From positions 5,479 through 69,478 of the forward strand of contig CAUJDY010000063.1 in NCBI GenBank assembly GCA_963169805.1: DNA of 64,000 nucleotides, given 5' to 3'. This DNA comes from Bdellovibrionota bacterium. GTDB taxonomy: Bacteria > Bdellovibrionota > Bdellovibrionia > Bdellovibrionales > JAEYZS01. A program made the position numbers and the translations under genes. This document shows positions 52,127 through 62,944 of the stretch, one piece after another (position 1 is the first letter of the stretch; every line of letters begins with the position of its first letter). A model generated the notes under the pieces. The model saw only the letters and a list, made by a program, of their open reading frames with translations. It had not been told where the DNA came from and did no database searches.

Positions 52127-55100
52127 TAGATTCGAAGCGGGAGAGGGCGAGGTAGAGAGCAGGAACCACAAATAATGTAAGTAGCGTAGAAAAAATTGTA
52201 CCTCCAACTATTGAAAGCCCCATAGGAGTACGCGTTTCCGAACCCATCCCTGTTCCTATCACAAGAGGCAATGCCGCAGCGACCGTTGCCACAGATGTCA
52301 TAATGATTGGACGCAAACGCACCGGACAAGCATCAACCAACGCCTTACGAATATCTGCAACTCCTTGAGATCTTGTATGGTTTGTAAATTCCACAAGTAA
52401 AATAGAGTTCTTCTTTGCTATCCCCATCAATACAATCAAACCAATAAATGAAAAAAGATTTAAAGATTGGCCAAAAATCCAAAGCGTAAATAACGCTCCC
52501 GTCACACTAAAAGGTAAAGCCATTAAAATTGAAAAAGGATGTACAAAAGAATTAAACTGCACTGCCAAAATAAGATATGCTACTAAAACTCCTATGAGCA
52601 AGGCAGCATAAAGACTCGAAAAAGCCTGACTAAACCCCGCCGATGCTCCTTCAAGCGCAAAAGAATAACCCGTTGGTAAAATTTCTTGTGCAATTTTCTT
52701 AGCTTCATCTAAGACCTTTGATTGAGATTGTCCAGGAGCTAAATTTCCAAAAACAGAAATAGATCGTGTACGATTCACCCTAGAAATGGACTGAGTGGTT
52801 TTTTCTTCTACAACCTCTACTAAATCTTTTAATGATACCAAATTCCCAGCACCATTTCTGACATATAGTGCTTTTATATCTTCTTGAGATCGTATTAAAT
52901 CATCTGGGATTTTATATCGAATATCGTAGCGTCTTCCATCTGCTGTATATCGACCACTCCTTAAACCTCCGACAGCTGCAGATAATAGTTGACCAACAGC
53001 CTCAATACTCACACCTCGATCTGCCATAGCCTCGCGCTTAGGCTTGATCAAAAGCTCTGGGAGTCCTTCTCGATAGTCTGAATCTAAATCTACAGCTAAG
53101 TTTTTTTCTTCCAGCTTTTTTATCAACTCCTGAGCTTTCTGATTCAAGACTTCTAAGTTTGGGCCTCTGAGCCCTATCGCTACCGGATTTAACCGTCCCG
53201 CCGTCAGATTACGAGCAGAAATATCTCTCATGTTCACGCGAACACCCTTGAGATCCTTAAACTTCTCTCTGAGCTTTGCCATCACTTCAATATGCGTAAG
53301 TTCTCGTGAATTTTTTGGCTTCAAAACAATCGGACTAAAAATACTCCCCACACCTACAGAAACAATGAAAGCCTCAACCTCTTCTACTTCAGAAATTTTT
53401 TGCTCTACAATTTTAGAGATTCCATTCGTTTTTTCTAAAGAATCTCCAGGACTAGTTTGAGCATTTAATATAATTAAATCTTGATCCTGTGCTGGAACAA
53501 ATTCTTGCTTAACCTTGAAGATCAAGAGCAAAGATGCTAGAAAAACGACTGTCGATACAATCAAAACTTTCCACTTATGATCCAACGTATGAACTAGGAT
53601 TCTTTGGTAAGACTTTGCCAGCTTTTCAAATTTATCTTCTAAGTAGTGCTCAAATTTACCAATCTTAGGTTCATTTCTCAAAAACGTTGCTGCCCTCATT
53701 GGAGTGACTGTGACGGCTTCCAAAAGAGACAGTAAAACAGCTGCCGATATTGTCACTCCAAATTGATAAAAGAATTTACCAATAATTCCGTCCATAAAAA
53801 TAACAGGCAAGAAAATAGCAACAACGGCAAGTGTCGCTGCAATAGCAGCAGGAAGAACTTCTTTTGCTCCATCTGCAGCCGCTTTGAAAGACCCCTTACC
53901 CATTCTGTAGTGTCGAACAATATTTTCAAGGAGCATAATTGCGTCATCGACAACAATAGAAACTGCTAAAGTTAAAGCAAGAAGCGTAAAGAGATTAAGT
54001 GTAAATCCAGAAAAATATAAAATCAAAAAAGTTCCAACAATTGAAGTTGGAATAGAAAATAAAATATTTATTGCTGCCTGATAGCTTCCCAAAAACAAAA
54101 AACATACTAAAATTGTAATAAAAGCAGCGACCCACAATTTTTCTGTTGTGAGATCTACAGTCGATTTTGTGGATCTCGTAAAGTCCACATTGATTCTATA
54201 ATTGTAACCTGGAGGGAAAGAAGATTTTATCTCTTCAAGTTTATTTCTAACAGCCTCTGCGACATCAACCTCATTTGTTCCACGTTGCTTGAAGATACGA
54301 ATGGCAACAGTTTGCTGTCCTTTGTAGCGAGCAACCCTTCTAACATCAGAAAGCCCATCCTCTACTCGAGCTACATCTTTAATTCGAATGGAGCTTTCAC
54401 TAATGAGTTGGCCACCTCGCCTTAGGATCAAAATATTCTCAACATCTTCTACGTTCGAGGCCTCTCCAAGCCACCGTACACGCAATTCACGTTCACCATC
54501 AGTAAATTGTCCTGCCGCACTTTCCAAATGCTGCGTATTAAGTGTTTCAATAATATCGTTAATCGTTAATTCATAGCGCTCGAGCTTTTTTGGATCGAGC
54601 CAAATTCGCAGATTCCTCTGGCTAAATCCGAAGGCACTTACTTGCCCTACCCCTGGTAAAAACTGTATTTGATCAATCAAATATGTATCTATCCAATTGA
54701 GAATATCACGCAGAGCAAGGTCTCCATATATTGAGACAATCATAATAGGCTCTTCTTCTGGATTTTCTTTTCTGACGATTGGAGGATCTACACCAGGAGG
54801 GAGCCTGAACTCACTGATCGCCGCTTGAGCCTCTTGGAGAGCAATATTCACATCTTTATCGATATCAAACTCAAGCGTAATTCTACCTGATCCTTGGCTC
54901 GCCTGAGATCGCATTTCCTTGATCCCTTCAACACTCAGTAGCCTTTGCTCAATAGGATCAATTAACTCAGACTCTACAACCTCTGGTGCAGCCCCCTCAT
55001 AACTTACTGAAATATTTAAAACAGGAAAGTCGACATCAGGAAGTTGACTCACACCCATACGATTCATACAAATCGCACCAAAAACAATTAAGCTAAACAT

Positions 55101-55151
55101 CAGAACCCATGCAAAAACGGGCCTTCTTAGCGATAACTCAATTAGATTCAT
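52104..55151 (-). CDS. RND superfamily efflux transporter (AcrB/HAE-type)
   Basis: 1015 aa. N-terminus 'LSLRRPVFAWVLMFSLIVFGAICMNRMGVSQLPDVDFP', 12 TM helices and two large periplasmic loops. Confidence 0.95.
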   Translation of the reverse strand: MNLIELSLRRPVFAWVLMFSLIVFGAICMNRMGVSQLPDVDFPVLNISVSYEGAAPEVVESELIDPIEQRLLSVEGIKEMRSQASQGSGRITLEFDIDKDVNIALQEAQAAISEFRLPPGVDPPIVRKENPEEEPIMIVSIYGDLALRDILNWIDTYLIDQIQFLPGVGQVSAFGFSQRNLRIWLDPKKLERYELTINDIIETLNTQHLESAAGQFTDGERELRVRWLGEASNVEDVENILILRRGGQLISESSIRIKDVARVEDGLSDVRRVARYKGQQTVAIRIFKQRGTNEVDVAEAVRNKLEEIKSSFPPGYNYRINVDFTRSTKSTVDLTTEKLWVAAFITILVCFLFLGSYQAAINILFSIPTSIVGTFLILYFSGFTLNLFTLLALTLAVSIVVDDAIMLLENIVRHYRMGKGSFKAAADGAKEVLPAAIAATLAVVAIFLPVIFMDGIIGKFFYQFGVTISAAVLLSLLEAVTVTPMRAATFLRNEPKIGKFEHYLEDKFEKLAKSYQRILVHTLDHKWKVLIVSTVVFLASLLLIFKVKQEFVPAQDQDLIILNAQTSPGDSLEKTNGISKIVEQKISEVEEVEAFIVSVGVGSIFSPIVLKPKNSRELTHIEVMAKLREKFKDLKGVRVNMRDISARNLTAGRLNPVAIGLRGPNLEVLNQKAQELIKKLEEKNLAVDLDSDYREGLPELLIKPKREAMADRGVSIEAVGQLLSAAVGGLRSGRYTADGRRYDIRYKIPDDLIRSQEDIKALYVRNGAGNLVSLKDLVEVVEEKTTQSISRVNRTRSISVFGNLAPGQSQSKVLDEAKKIAQEILPTGYSFALEGASAGFSQAFSSLYAALLIGVLVAYLILAVQFNSFVHPFSILMALPFSVTGALFTLWIFGQSLNLFSFIGLIVLMGIAKKNSILLVEFTNHTRSQGVADIRKALVDACPVRLRPIIMTSVATVAAALPLVIGTGMGSETRTPMGLSIVGGTIFSTLLTLFVVPALYLALSRFESKKVPGHF

Positions 55152-55171
55152 AACTACCCCTACTTTATTCT

Positions 55172-56455
55172 CTAGTTTTTATCGCCCACGAGTTGCGCCA
55201 ACTTAAGTTCTAATAACTTTAACTCATAAAATGATTCTTCACGGTTTTTCTTTGCCTCAAGATAATTATTTAAAGAATTAAGGAGTTCTAAATTTGAAAC
55301 TAACCCCAATGAAAGCTCTCTATTATAGAGTTGATAATTCTTGCGTGCAGTTTCTAGAGATTTTTCATAAATTTTAAAAAGTTCAAAATTTTTTGTCAAA
55401 GCTCCGTGCTGATTCCGGATCTCAACTTCAGTATCTTTCTTAAGCCCCATCAACTTTGCACGCTCTTGGTGTTTCTTCCAACGAGCCTCTGATGTTTCAG
55501 CTTTGACTCTTCCCCCTTCAAATAAAGGTATTTCGAGAGTTAGTTGCGCTGCGTACTCCCGCCCTTCTTGCGTAGAACTTAGCTCTCCATAACGAGCATC
55601 TAAATCTAAGTATAACTCTGGCAAATGCTGAGCTCTTGCAATTGACTCATTTTTTTCTGCAATAAAGAGATTCTTTTCCTGAATTTGAATTTCAGGGGTT
55701 TTAGATATTTTATTCAGATAGTAATCAAGAGGCTTAATCGTTTCTGTCACTTCTGGAGACTGAAGAGAAACATTTTTTGAAAAACTCGTAAGTCTTGCAA
55801 AAACCTCTCGTTCTGAACTGAGATCTGTTTCTATTTGCCCCAGTTGTATCTTGATAGATTGATTTTGAAGTTCATTAGTTAAAAAATCGACTTGCTTTGA
55901 TTTTCCTATACTCACTCTTTTTCTCAAAAGCTCGACTCTTTTTGTTGAAACCTTCTCGATTTCCTTTAAAACATCGAGAGTACTTTCTAGCAAAACAATA
56001 CGGTGATAAGTTTGGGAGACAGTTAAGTACAAATCTAAATTTGTCTTTTGTATTTCAAGATCTGTAACCTCAACATTTGCATTTTCTCTCTGGATACCTG
56101 AAAAAAGACCACCTTGAAACAAAGGTTGCCTTAAATTTAAGCCCACAGTCTTGCGCCTTGTCTCCGTTTCTACATCTGTATTCTTATTTTTAAAGCGTGT
56201 GTCTGTGTATTGCCCCTCAGCGGTGAGGCTTGGATAGAGATAAGATTTTGCCTGATTTAATCTAGAGCGAGATTGCTCCTTCACGCTTTGATTACTGAGG
56301 CGATAGTCCTCAACTTTAAGCGCAGCTTCATAGGCCGCATCTAAACTGACAACTTGACTTGCAGAAACAACGGCACCTGTGTATGCTGTGATCAGAGCCA
56401 ATAAAAATTTCCCAGCATGTACTTCGAATCGATCACCAATCACAAGTCTGATCAC
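55172..56455 (-). CDS. TolC-like outer membrane efflux protein (OEP family)
   Basis: Signal peptide and tandem OEP repeats ('LDAAYEAALKVEDYRL...YPSLTAEGQY', 'RQPLFQGG', 'EIPLFEGG'). Confidence 0.85.
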   Translation of the reverse strand: MIRLVIGDRFEVHAGKFLLALITAYTGAVVSASQVVSLDAAYEAALKVEDYRLSNQSVKEQSRSRLNQAKSYLYPSLTAEGQYTDTRFKNKNTDVETETRRKTVGLNLRQPLFQGGLFSGIQRENANVEVTDLEIQKTNLDLYLTVSQTYHRIVLLESTLDVLKEIEKVSTKRVELLRKRVSIGKSKQVDFLTNELQNQSIKIQLGQIETDLSSEREVFARLTSFSKNVSLQSPEVTETIKPLDYYLNKISKTPEIQIQEKNLFIAEKNESIARAQHLPELYLDLDARYGELSSTQEGREYAAQLTLEIPLFEGGRVKAETSEARWKKHQERAKLMGLKKDTEVEIRNQHGALTKNFELFKIYEKSLETARKNYQLYNRELSLGLVSNLELLNSLNNYLEAKKNREESFYELKLLELKLAQLVGDKN

Positions 56456-56625
56456 AAATTCATCTCTCTTTTAGACTTTTAAAAACCGCTTTTTCTCTTG
56501 GTACAGTCTAATCTTTTATAAATGAATTTGAAAAGTAGTTTTTAGACTTTCTTGTGTTAGGGATTATTAACAATTTCCTAAAGTATAATCTTATAATTTC
56601 AGTAACGATGAGGTTTTAATTTCTT

Positions 56626-57885
56626 ATGAGTAGCAGTCCACAAGCTGATTCTATTGAACAGGATCAACCCATTCAGCCCGCCAACTCTTATAACTGGCTT
56701 TTTATTGATTTAAACTCCTATTTTGCGTCCGTCGAACAGCAGATTCAACCTCTCTTGCGTAAGAAACCCGTAGCCGTTTGTGCCGTGATGGCCGATAGTT
56801 CTGCTTGCATTGCTGCGAGTTACGAAGCCAAAGCTTTTGGTATTAAGACAGGAACCCGAATTGGTGATGCGAAGCGGATGTGCCCAGGACTTATTTTAGT
56901 AAAAGCTCAGCATGAAATGTACGTGGACTACCATCAAAAAATTACTGAAGCGATTGAACGATGCCACCCCATTACATCTGTGCACTCTATCGACGAAGTT
57001 GCACTCCGCTTATCAGGCAGAGATCGCAACGAAGAAAATGCCCTGGCACTGGCTCACGATATTAAAAAATCTATTTACTCAGTCGGAAGCGAGCTAGGCT
57101 GCTCAATTGGTATCTCGACCAACCGCTTTCTCTCAAAACTTGCATCTGATATGCAAAAACCAAATGGATTAATTTTATTATCCCAGAGGGATCTTCCTCA
57201 CAAACTCCTCCATCTAAAATTGAGAGATATTCCAGGAATTGGATCTAAAATGGAGGAACGCCTTCATCGCCACAATATCCGAGACATGCACCAACTTTTA
57301 GCCTTAGATGTACATTCTATGAGAGAGATTTGGGGCGGCATTTGGGGTGAGCGTATGCACAAGTGGCTACGCGGAAATGATTTTGATGTTGAGAATGGTA
57401 AAAATAAATCTTTCAGTCACGAACATGTTTTGCCGCCCAACCTTCGTAATCCAGATGGAGCTTTTGCCATTGCACAGAAACTTTTACTAAAAGGAGCTGT
57501 GAGGTTGAGGCAACATCATCTATGGGCTTCTCGTCTTTATGTTGGGCTGAGATATATTGATCAATATAAGTGGTCTCAAGAAATTAAGATGCTAGAATGC
57601 CAAGACTCATTAACTCTTCTCGAAGCTCTTCAGCTTATCTGGAAAGATGTCCCAAGAAGATCTGCACCTTTAAAAGTTAACATCGCCCTTTTAAACCTAA
57701 TTGACGACAAAGAACGAACTTTCTCGCTTTTTGAGAATACGAAAAGATTGAGACTCTCCCAAGCTGTCGATAGCCTGAACATGAGGTATGGAAGAAATAC
57801 CGTCTACTTTGGAGGGGTTCATAACATCAAAGCAGCAGCTCCCACTCGCATTGCTTTTTCTAGCATTCCAGATTTTACAGTTTAG
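56626..57885 (+). CDS. dinB: Y-family DNA polymerase (DinB/Pol IV-like)
   Basis: 'FIDLNSYFASVEQ' and 'SIDEVAL' catalytic acidic motifs, plus a 'DIPGIGSK' HhH. Confidence 0.8.
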   Translation: MSSSPQADSIEQDQPIQPANSYNWLFIDLNSYFASVEQQIQPLLRKKPVAVCAVMADSSACIAASYEAKAFGIKTGTRIGDAKRMCPGLILVKAQHEMYVDYHQKITEAIERCHPITSVHSIDEVALRLSGRDRNEENALALAHDIKKSIYSVGSELGCSIGISTNRFLSKLASDMQKPNGLILLSQRDLPHKLLHLKLRDIPGIGSKMEERLHRHNIRDMHQLLALDVHSMREIWGGIWGERMHKWLRGNDFDVENGKNKSFSHEHVLPPNLRNPDGAFAIAQKLLLKGAVRLRQHHLWASRLYVGLRYIDQYKWSQEIKMLECQDSLTLLEALQLIWKDVPRRSAPLKVNIALLNLIDDKERTFSLFENTKRLRLSQAVDSLNMRYGRNTVYFGGVHNIKAAAPTRIAFSSIPDFTV

Positions 57886-57941
57886 ACTGCAATTCAAGCT
57901 TAAGAGTTGCTCTTTTCAAACCAAAAGCGTAGACAGTTCCT

Positions 57942-59228
57942 ATGACTATTTGGAACGTTAAAAAAGGACAAGATTTTAGAATTCGCGCTCAACATCCATG
58001 GGTTTTCTCTAATGAACTTACTGTAAGCCCAAAAGGAATAAAACCAGGCGAAATAATTGAGCTTCAAACTCAAAACGGAGAGTTCTTGGCACTGGGCTAT
58101 GGCAATCCACATTCTCTGATCGCCTTTCGAGCTCTTTCTTTTACACCAGCACAAATAACACAAGATTGGCTTCTTGAAAAATTACAAAAAAGCTGGGAGC
58201 GCAGATTCCAAATGGGTTTAAGAAATAGCCAGCGAATTTGTTATAGTGAAAACGATCTTCTTTCTGGTCTAATTGTAGATCACTATATTGTTGAGCAAGA
58301 TGGAAAGAGGGGACAGGTTTTTGCAATTCAAGTTTCAACGTATGGAATGGAAAAATTGATTGGCGCAGACCTCCTAGAGTTCTTTAAAAAATTTCACCAA
58401 AAAACTCTTAACTTCCACAATATCCCATGGTCGCATACAGGATTAGTTTTAAGAAATGACATCAACCAAAGAAAACTTGAAGGACTTGATCCTCAAAAAC
58501 CAAAGACTCTCAAAAATATTGAATTCATGGATTTAAACAATATTCCAATTTGCGTTGATAATTTTAAGGGAGATACTTTAAAAATCTCCACAAATCTTGC
58601 AGAAGGGCAAAAAACAGGATTTTTCTTAGATCAAAAGCACAATATCAATCTTGTCTTATCTCAGCTTGAAAGAATGTGGAGAATCAAAAAACCTGCAAAA
58701 TTTAAAGTTTTAGATATTTGTAGTTATGTGGGTCACTGGTCAACTCAGCTTGCGGCTTTTGCGCAAAAAATGGAAGTTCCAATTGAAATCGTAACTGCGG
58801 ATATATCAGAAAAGGCTCTCGATTTTGCTCAAAAAAATGTTGCACAGTACAACCCTGCACAAAACGATAGCCTCGCAATTGATGTTTTAGATGAATTGGT
58901 TCATTTACAAGATCAATCTTTTGATTTAGTTGTATGCGATCCGCCAGCATTTATTAAAAATAAAAAAGACTTACCAAAAGGCCGTCATGCTTATTTGAAA
59001 CTCAACAGCCAAGCTTTACGCCTTACCAAGCAAGGTGGACTTCTTGTAAGTTGCTCTTGTAGTGGAATTTTTTTGAAAGAGTATCTACAAGAGACTTTAG
59101 CAAAAGCTGGAAAAAGAAATCAGAGAAGCGTTCATATTTTGCTAGAAGGCGGACACGGATTGGATCACATGCACCTTCCTTCTTTCCCAGAAGGTTTCTA
59201 CCTCAAAATGTTCCTCTGCCTTGCATAG
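57942..59228 (+). CDS. rlmI: 23S rRNA m5C methyltransferase RlmI-like (PUA + class I SAM MTase)
   Basis: 'HPWVFSNEL' PUA-type N-terminus, 'VLDICSYVG' SAM motif I, 'CDPPAF' motif IV, and 'LLVSCSCS'. Confidence 0.8.
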   Translation: MTIWNVKKGQDFRIRAQHPWVFSNELTVSPKGIKPGEIIELQTQNGEFLALGYGNPHSLIAFRALSFTPAQITQDWLLEKLQKSWERRFQMGLRNSQRICYSENDLLSGLIVDHYIVEQDGKRGQVFAIQVSTYGMEKLIGADLLEFFKKFHQKTLNFHNIPWSHTGLVLRNDINQRKLEGLDPQKPKTLKNIEFMDLNNIPICVDNFKGDTLKISTNLAEGQKTGFFLDQKHNINLVLSQLERMWRIKKPAKFKVLDICSYVGHWSTQLAAFAQKMEVPIEIVTADISEKALDFAQKNVAQYNPAQNDSLAIDVLDELVHLQDQSFDLVVCDPPAFIKNKKDLPKGRHAYLKLNSQALRLTKQGGLLVSCSCSGIFLKEYLQETLAKAGKRNQRSVHILLEGGHGLDHMHLPSFPEGFYLKMFLCLA

Positions 59229-59244
59229 GTGCGGCGCACCTTTT
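59227..59244. terminator. short GC hairpin between convergent rlmI and the FN3 lipoprotein gene
   Basis: aggtgc-ggc-gcacct followed by ttt. The stem is only 6 bp with a 3-nt loop. Confidence 0.4.
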
Positions 59245-59247
59245 ACC

Positions 59248-59610
59248 TTATTCGGGGAGGATGCGGAAGGAGTGAGATTGAGAAGGATCGATGTCGTTGA
59301 TGACGATATCAAGTTGAGCAACACCAGGCTCTGCATCAAGAGATCCACGTATCATTGGCCCATCATCTGTATTGTCGTAGACTAAATAAGACTGAGCATC
59401 TTCTAAAGCTGCCCACTGCAACTTAACGCTTGTTTCACTCACCCACTCAACTGAGTGAGGCTCAATAACGACTTGTTCACTACGATTCTGAATAAAAATA
59501 CCTTCGTCATCCCCATCATCCTCGCTACAAGAAACGAGCAGCACATTCCAAAGTGCTAAGCAAATTATCATCAGAAAAAGACGTACGTATTTTTGTTTTA
59601 AGAATTCCAT
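59248..59610 (-). CDS. small lipoprotein with a fibronectin type III-like domain
   Basis: Lipobox 'LLVSC'. 'PHSVEWVSETSVKLQWAALEDAQSYLVY' is an FN3-like pattern. Confidence 0.5.
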   Translation of the reverse strand: MEFLKQKYVRLFLMIICLALWNVLLVSCSEDDGDDEGIFIQNRSEQVVIEPHSVEWVSETSVKLQWAALEDAQSYLVYDNTDDGPMIRGSLDAEPGVAQLDIVINDIDPSQSHSFRILPE

Positions 59611-59685
59611 AAAATCAGGCTAACAGGTACAAATCTGAATTGGTACTCGACATCCGGCTAGAAATTCACTTATTCTTCTAAACAT

Positions 59686-61461
59686 ATGGAACAAAGTCTA
59701 ATCACCATTAGTATCGTTTTTCTCATGACGGCAGTTTCTATTGTTCCCCTCTTCAAAAAACTCGGTCTTGGAACTGTTTTAGGTTATCTCACAGCAGGAG
59801 CTCTCCTTGGCCCCTGGGGCTTTAAAGTTGTATCCGACGTAGATAAGATTTTGCACTTTTCTGAGTTTGGCGTAGTAATTCTTCTTTTTCTGATTGGTCT
59901 AGAACTAAAACCTCAGCGCCTATGGGTCATGCGAAAACCAATTTTTGGATATGGTAGTGTTCAAGTTTTTTTTACAACTGCGCTTATTTTTGGAGTCTGC
60001 CGTGCTCTTGGGCTCTCTTCAACAAGCAGCCTTATTATTGGTCTTGGCCTTTCCCTTTCCTCAACTGCTTTTGCTATTCAAATGCTCACAGAAAAAAACT
60101 TAATCCAATCACAATTTGGACGTCTCAGTTTTTCTATTCTTCTTTTTCAAGATATAATTGCGATTCCAGTTTTGGCTCTTATTCCACTTCTCGCAAGCGA
60201 CAGCTTTGAACTTTCTCCTTCACAACTTCTTTCTGCACTTCAGGTTTTAGCTGTCCTAGCAGCTATCATTATCTGCGGAAGATACGTTTTAAAACCTATC
60301 CTAAGATATGTTGCCAATACCCGTGCTCGCGAGATATTTACTGCTGCATCTTTGCTCCTCATTCTGGGAGTGAGTTATCTTATGCTATCCCTTGAACTCT
60401 CAATGGCACTGGGTTCATTTTTAGCAGGCGTCGTCCTTTCTGACTCTGAATACAGACACCAACTTGAGGCCGACATGGAGCCCTTCAAAGGATTGCTATT
60501 AGGACTCTTCTTTATGTCAATTGGAATGACTGTTAATTTTGGAGTTTTAGGGCAAAACACTTTACTCATATCACTTCTTCTCTTTCTTCTGGTTTTTGGG
60601 AAATTTATTGTAATTTACGCTCTTGGAAAGAAGTACGATTTGAGTAATAACTCTTCAATAAATATGGGACTCACCCTGTGCCAAGGCGGAGAATTTGCTT
60701 TTGTTGTCTTTGGACTTGCAAGTCAGTTTAATATAATCAATCAAACAACAACAGACATATTATTTGTGCTCGTAACACTTTCCATGCCAGCATCTTCCCT
60801 TATTTTTTTGGCACACGAAAAATTAGTAACCCCACGTTTAAATAAGAGAGCAGATCAGGAGTTTGATTCATTACCAGATCATGCACCTGTTATAATTGCT
60901 GGATTTGGCCGAGTGGGGCAAATTCCAGGTAGACTCCTTCGCCATCTTAATATTGATTTTACAGCACTCGAATTAGATGCAGAACAAGTTCACACTGTTA
61001 GGAAGTTTGGAAATACCATTTACTACGGAGATGCTTCACGTATTGATTTGCTTGAATCAGCAGGAGCTGAAAAAGCCAAGGTATTTATCTTGGCAATTGA
61101 CGATGTAGAGGCCTCGCTTCGAACAGCTGAGATTGTCCGAGAAAGGTTTCCTCATCTGAAAGTATTTGCACGTGCAAGAAATAGGGATCACACATTTAAA
61201 CTTATGGAACTTGGCATTACTAATATTTGGAGAGAAACGTTTTACTCATCACTAGATATGTCGCGAGCTATTTTTAAAGAACTTGGTCACTCAGAAGAAA
61301 AAATTGAAAAGACCTTTAAATTATTTGTAGAACATGACCAAAAAATGCTTTCAGAGCAGTTCAAAGTTTATAAGGACGAATCTCAACTCATTACTCAAAG
61401 TAAGCTAGGAACGCAGCAGTTAACCGATGTTCTAAGAGCTGATGAGAATCAAGACGTCTGA
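59686..61461 (+). CDS. glutathione-regulated K+ efflux-type CPA2 transporter with C-terminal RCK/TrkA-N domain (KefB/KefC-like)
   Basis: 13 TM helices and a Rossmann motif 'VIIAGFGRVGQ' in the C-terminal domain. Confidence 0.85.
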   Translation: MEQSLITISIVFLMTAVSIVPLFKKLGLGTVLGYLTAGALLGPWGFKVVSDVDKILHFSEFGVVILLFLIGLELKPQRLWVMRKPIFGYGSVQVFFTTALIFGVCRALGLSSTSSLIIGLGLSLSSTAFAIQMLTEKNLIQSQFGRLSFSILLFQDIIAIPVLALIPLLASDSFELSPSQLLSALQVLAVLAAIIICGRYVLKPILRYVANTRAREIFTAASLLLILGVSYLMLSLELSMALGSFLAGVVLSDSEYRHQLEADMEPFKGLLLGLFFMSIGMTVNFGVLGQNTLLISLLLFLLVFGKFIVIYALGKKYDLSNNSSINMGLTLCQGGEFAFVVFGLASQFNIINQTTTDILFVLVTLSMPASSLIFLAHEKLVTPRLNKRADQEFDSLPDHAPVIIAGFGRVGQIPGRLLRHLNIDFTALELDAEQVHTVRKFGNTIYYGDASRIDLLESAGAEKAKVFILAIDDVEASLRTAEIVRERFPHLKVFARARNRDHTFKLMELGITNIWRETFYSSLDMSRAIFKELGHSEEKIEKTFKLFVEHDQKMLSEQFKVYKDESQLITQSKLGTQQLTDVLRADENQDV

Positions 61462-61625
61462 TATGATCTTGCGCTAACTCACCCTACAGTTTTTTCATAA
61501 TCAACTGTGTCTCAATTTTTATAAGTTATTCTCATATTGCTTAATTTTTTTGCTAATCAAAATATTTATAAGAGTCTTTTTACATTATAGATTAATCTTC
61601 AAAAATCGTTTTCCGGGGGGAATTC

Positions 61626-62894
61626 ATGAACAAAATAGCTCTCATTATTCTTTTAGGCATATACTCTGTTGCACACACACAGCTAAGTCCATCCTATGAT
61701 GCCAATACACGCTGCCAACGCATAAAAAACTCTTTCACACTTAATGGGAGCAATGTAAATGCTCTGATCTCTTTGAGTTGCAGTGCGCTTTCGCATGTAG
61801 AAAATGAGCAAAAAAATATGGTATACGAAGATAGCGCAACTCTTTTTCATCAGTGGCAAACAATAAAGACTATGAGAGGATACGAAGTTAAAGGATATTG
61901 CAGTATCCCCTATCCAGCTCTTCAGAAAAATATCTTTGAAAGACATCGTATTGATTTAAAATTTTCTACAAACTCACCAGAAGAAATATTTATTGAGGGT
62001 ACAATCGCTGGTAAGCACATTGACTTAATGCTGAATCAAAATTCATTTCTAGATACGAATTGCCCCGTCTACGAACAAACATCTCTAAGACTTGAGCGTA
62101 TCAATTTGGGTATTGGCTTTGGTATGACATATTTAATAGATATGCTTCAGAGTAAAAGAACCGGAGCGAGTCTCAGTGTTTTAAAACATGAAAATTGGAT
62201 TCAAGGTCAAAATAGTATAACAAGTTTTTCAGGGCTAGGACTTCAATACCGTATGAGTCAAATTAATGGGAGACAGCTTGTTTTATCAGCAGCAGAATCT
62301 TCCTCTTCAGCAGAGCTGCATATCAGATCTTCAAACTACCTTGAGTACGCTGAAGATACTCCGTTTACGAAATTCAAATTCGACACATTTAGCCACCCAC
62401 GCGGATTTTTGCACGCAGATCTACCTGTTAATCACAAGTTCCAAGCCTATCCTATTCAAAATGGCGCGCAAGTGGTTGGTTGTACCTCTTTGATTTATGA
62501 TGGCGAGCTTGATATTCCTCAGAACGTAGATCTTGACGTTTGTAAGCAAAAAATAAACAACTCAGAGCTTAAACATCTGCAAGGCAGAACCCTCAATCAG
62601 GCTACTCAAGTAAAAAAAGACACACATAACAATAGCACATACCAACTTCATCTAAAAATTGAAAAATACTTGAATCAAAAAAATGGAAAGGCACAGCGAT
62701 ATGCTCCGCAACCCCACACCCACCAAATGGGCTATTCAAGCTGGACAAAAGCAGATATTCAGAGGGGATTTGTTGTGACTCAAAGAATTTTTCAAGTACA
62801 GCAAACTAGCATTATTGTAAGGGAGATTAGATATAACTCAAATGGCAAGGAATTAAGATACACTTATACACTCAACCTAGACGAGATTCCCTAG
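61626..62894 (+). CDS. secreted hypothetical protein
   Basis: 422-aa ORF with a signal peptide ('LLGIYSVAHT|Q'). No motif recognised. Confidence 0.5.
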   Translation: MNKIALIILLGIYSVAHTQLSPSYDANTRCQRIKNSFTLNGSNVNALISLSCSALSHVENEQKNMVYEDSATLFHQWQTIKTMRGYEVKGYCSIPYPALQKNIFERHRIDLKFSTNSPEEIFIEGTIAGKHIDLMLNQNSFLDTNCPVYEQTSLRLERINLGIGFGMTYLIDMLQSKRTGASLSVLKHENWIQGQNSITSFSGLGLQYRMSQINGRQLVLSAAESSSSAELHIRSSNYLEYAEDTPFTKFKFDTFSHPRGFLHADLPVNHKFQAYPIQNGAQVVGCTSLIYDGELDIPQNVDLDVCKQKINNSELKHLQGRTLNQATQVKKDTHNNSTYQLHLKIEKYLNQKNGKAQRYAPQPHTHQMGYSSWTKADIQRGFVVTQRIFQVQQTSIIVREIRYNSNGKELRYTYTLNLDEIP

Positions 62895-62944
62895 GTACTA
62901 TATTTTTCTTTTCAAGAATACACAGTTATTGGCATAATGAACTT

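Noticed and set aside
56469-56556. Direct repeat TTTTAGACTTT (two copies about 76 bp apart) or a LexA/SOS box upstream of the Y-family polymerase gene
   Set aside because: The repeat is short and AT-rich, so it is likely to arise by chance in this genome. I could not find any palindrome resembling known LexA boxes.
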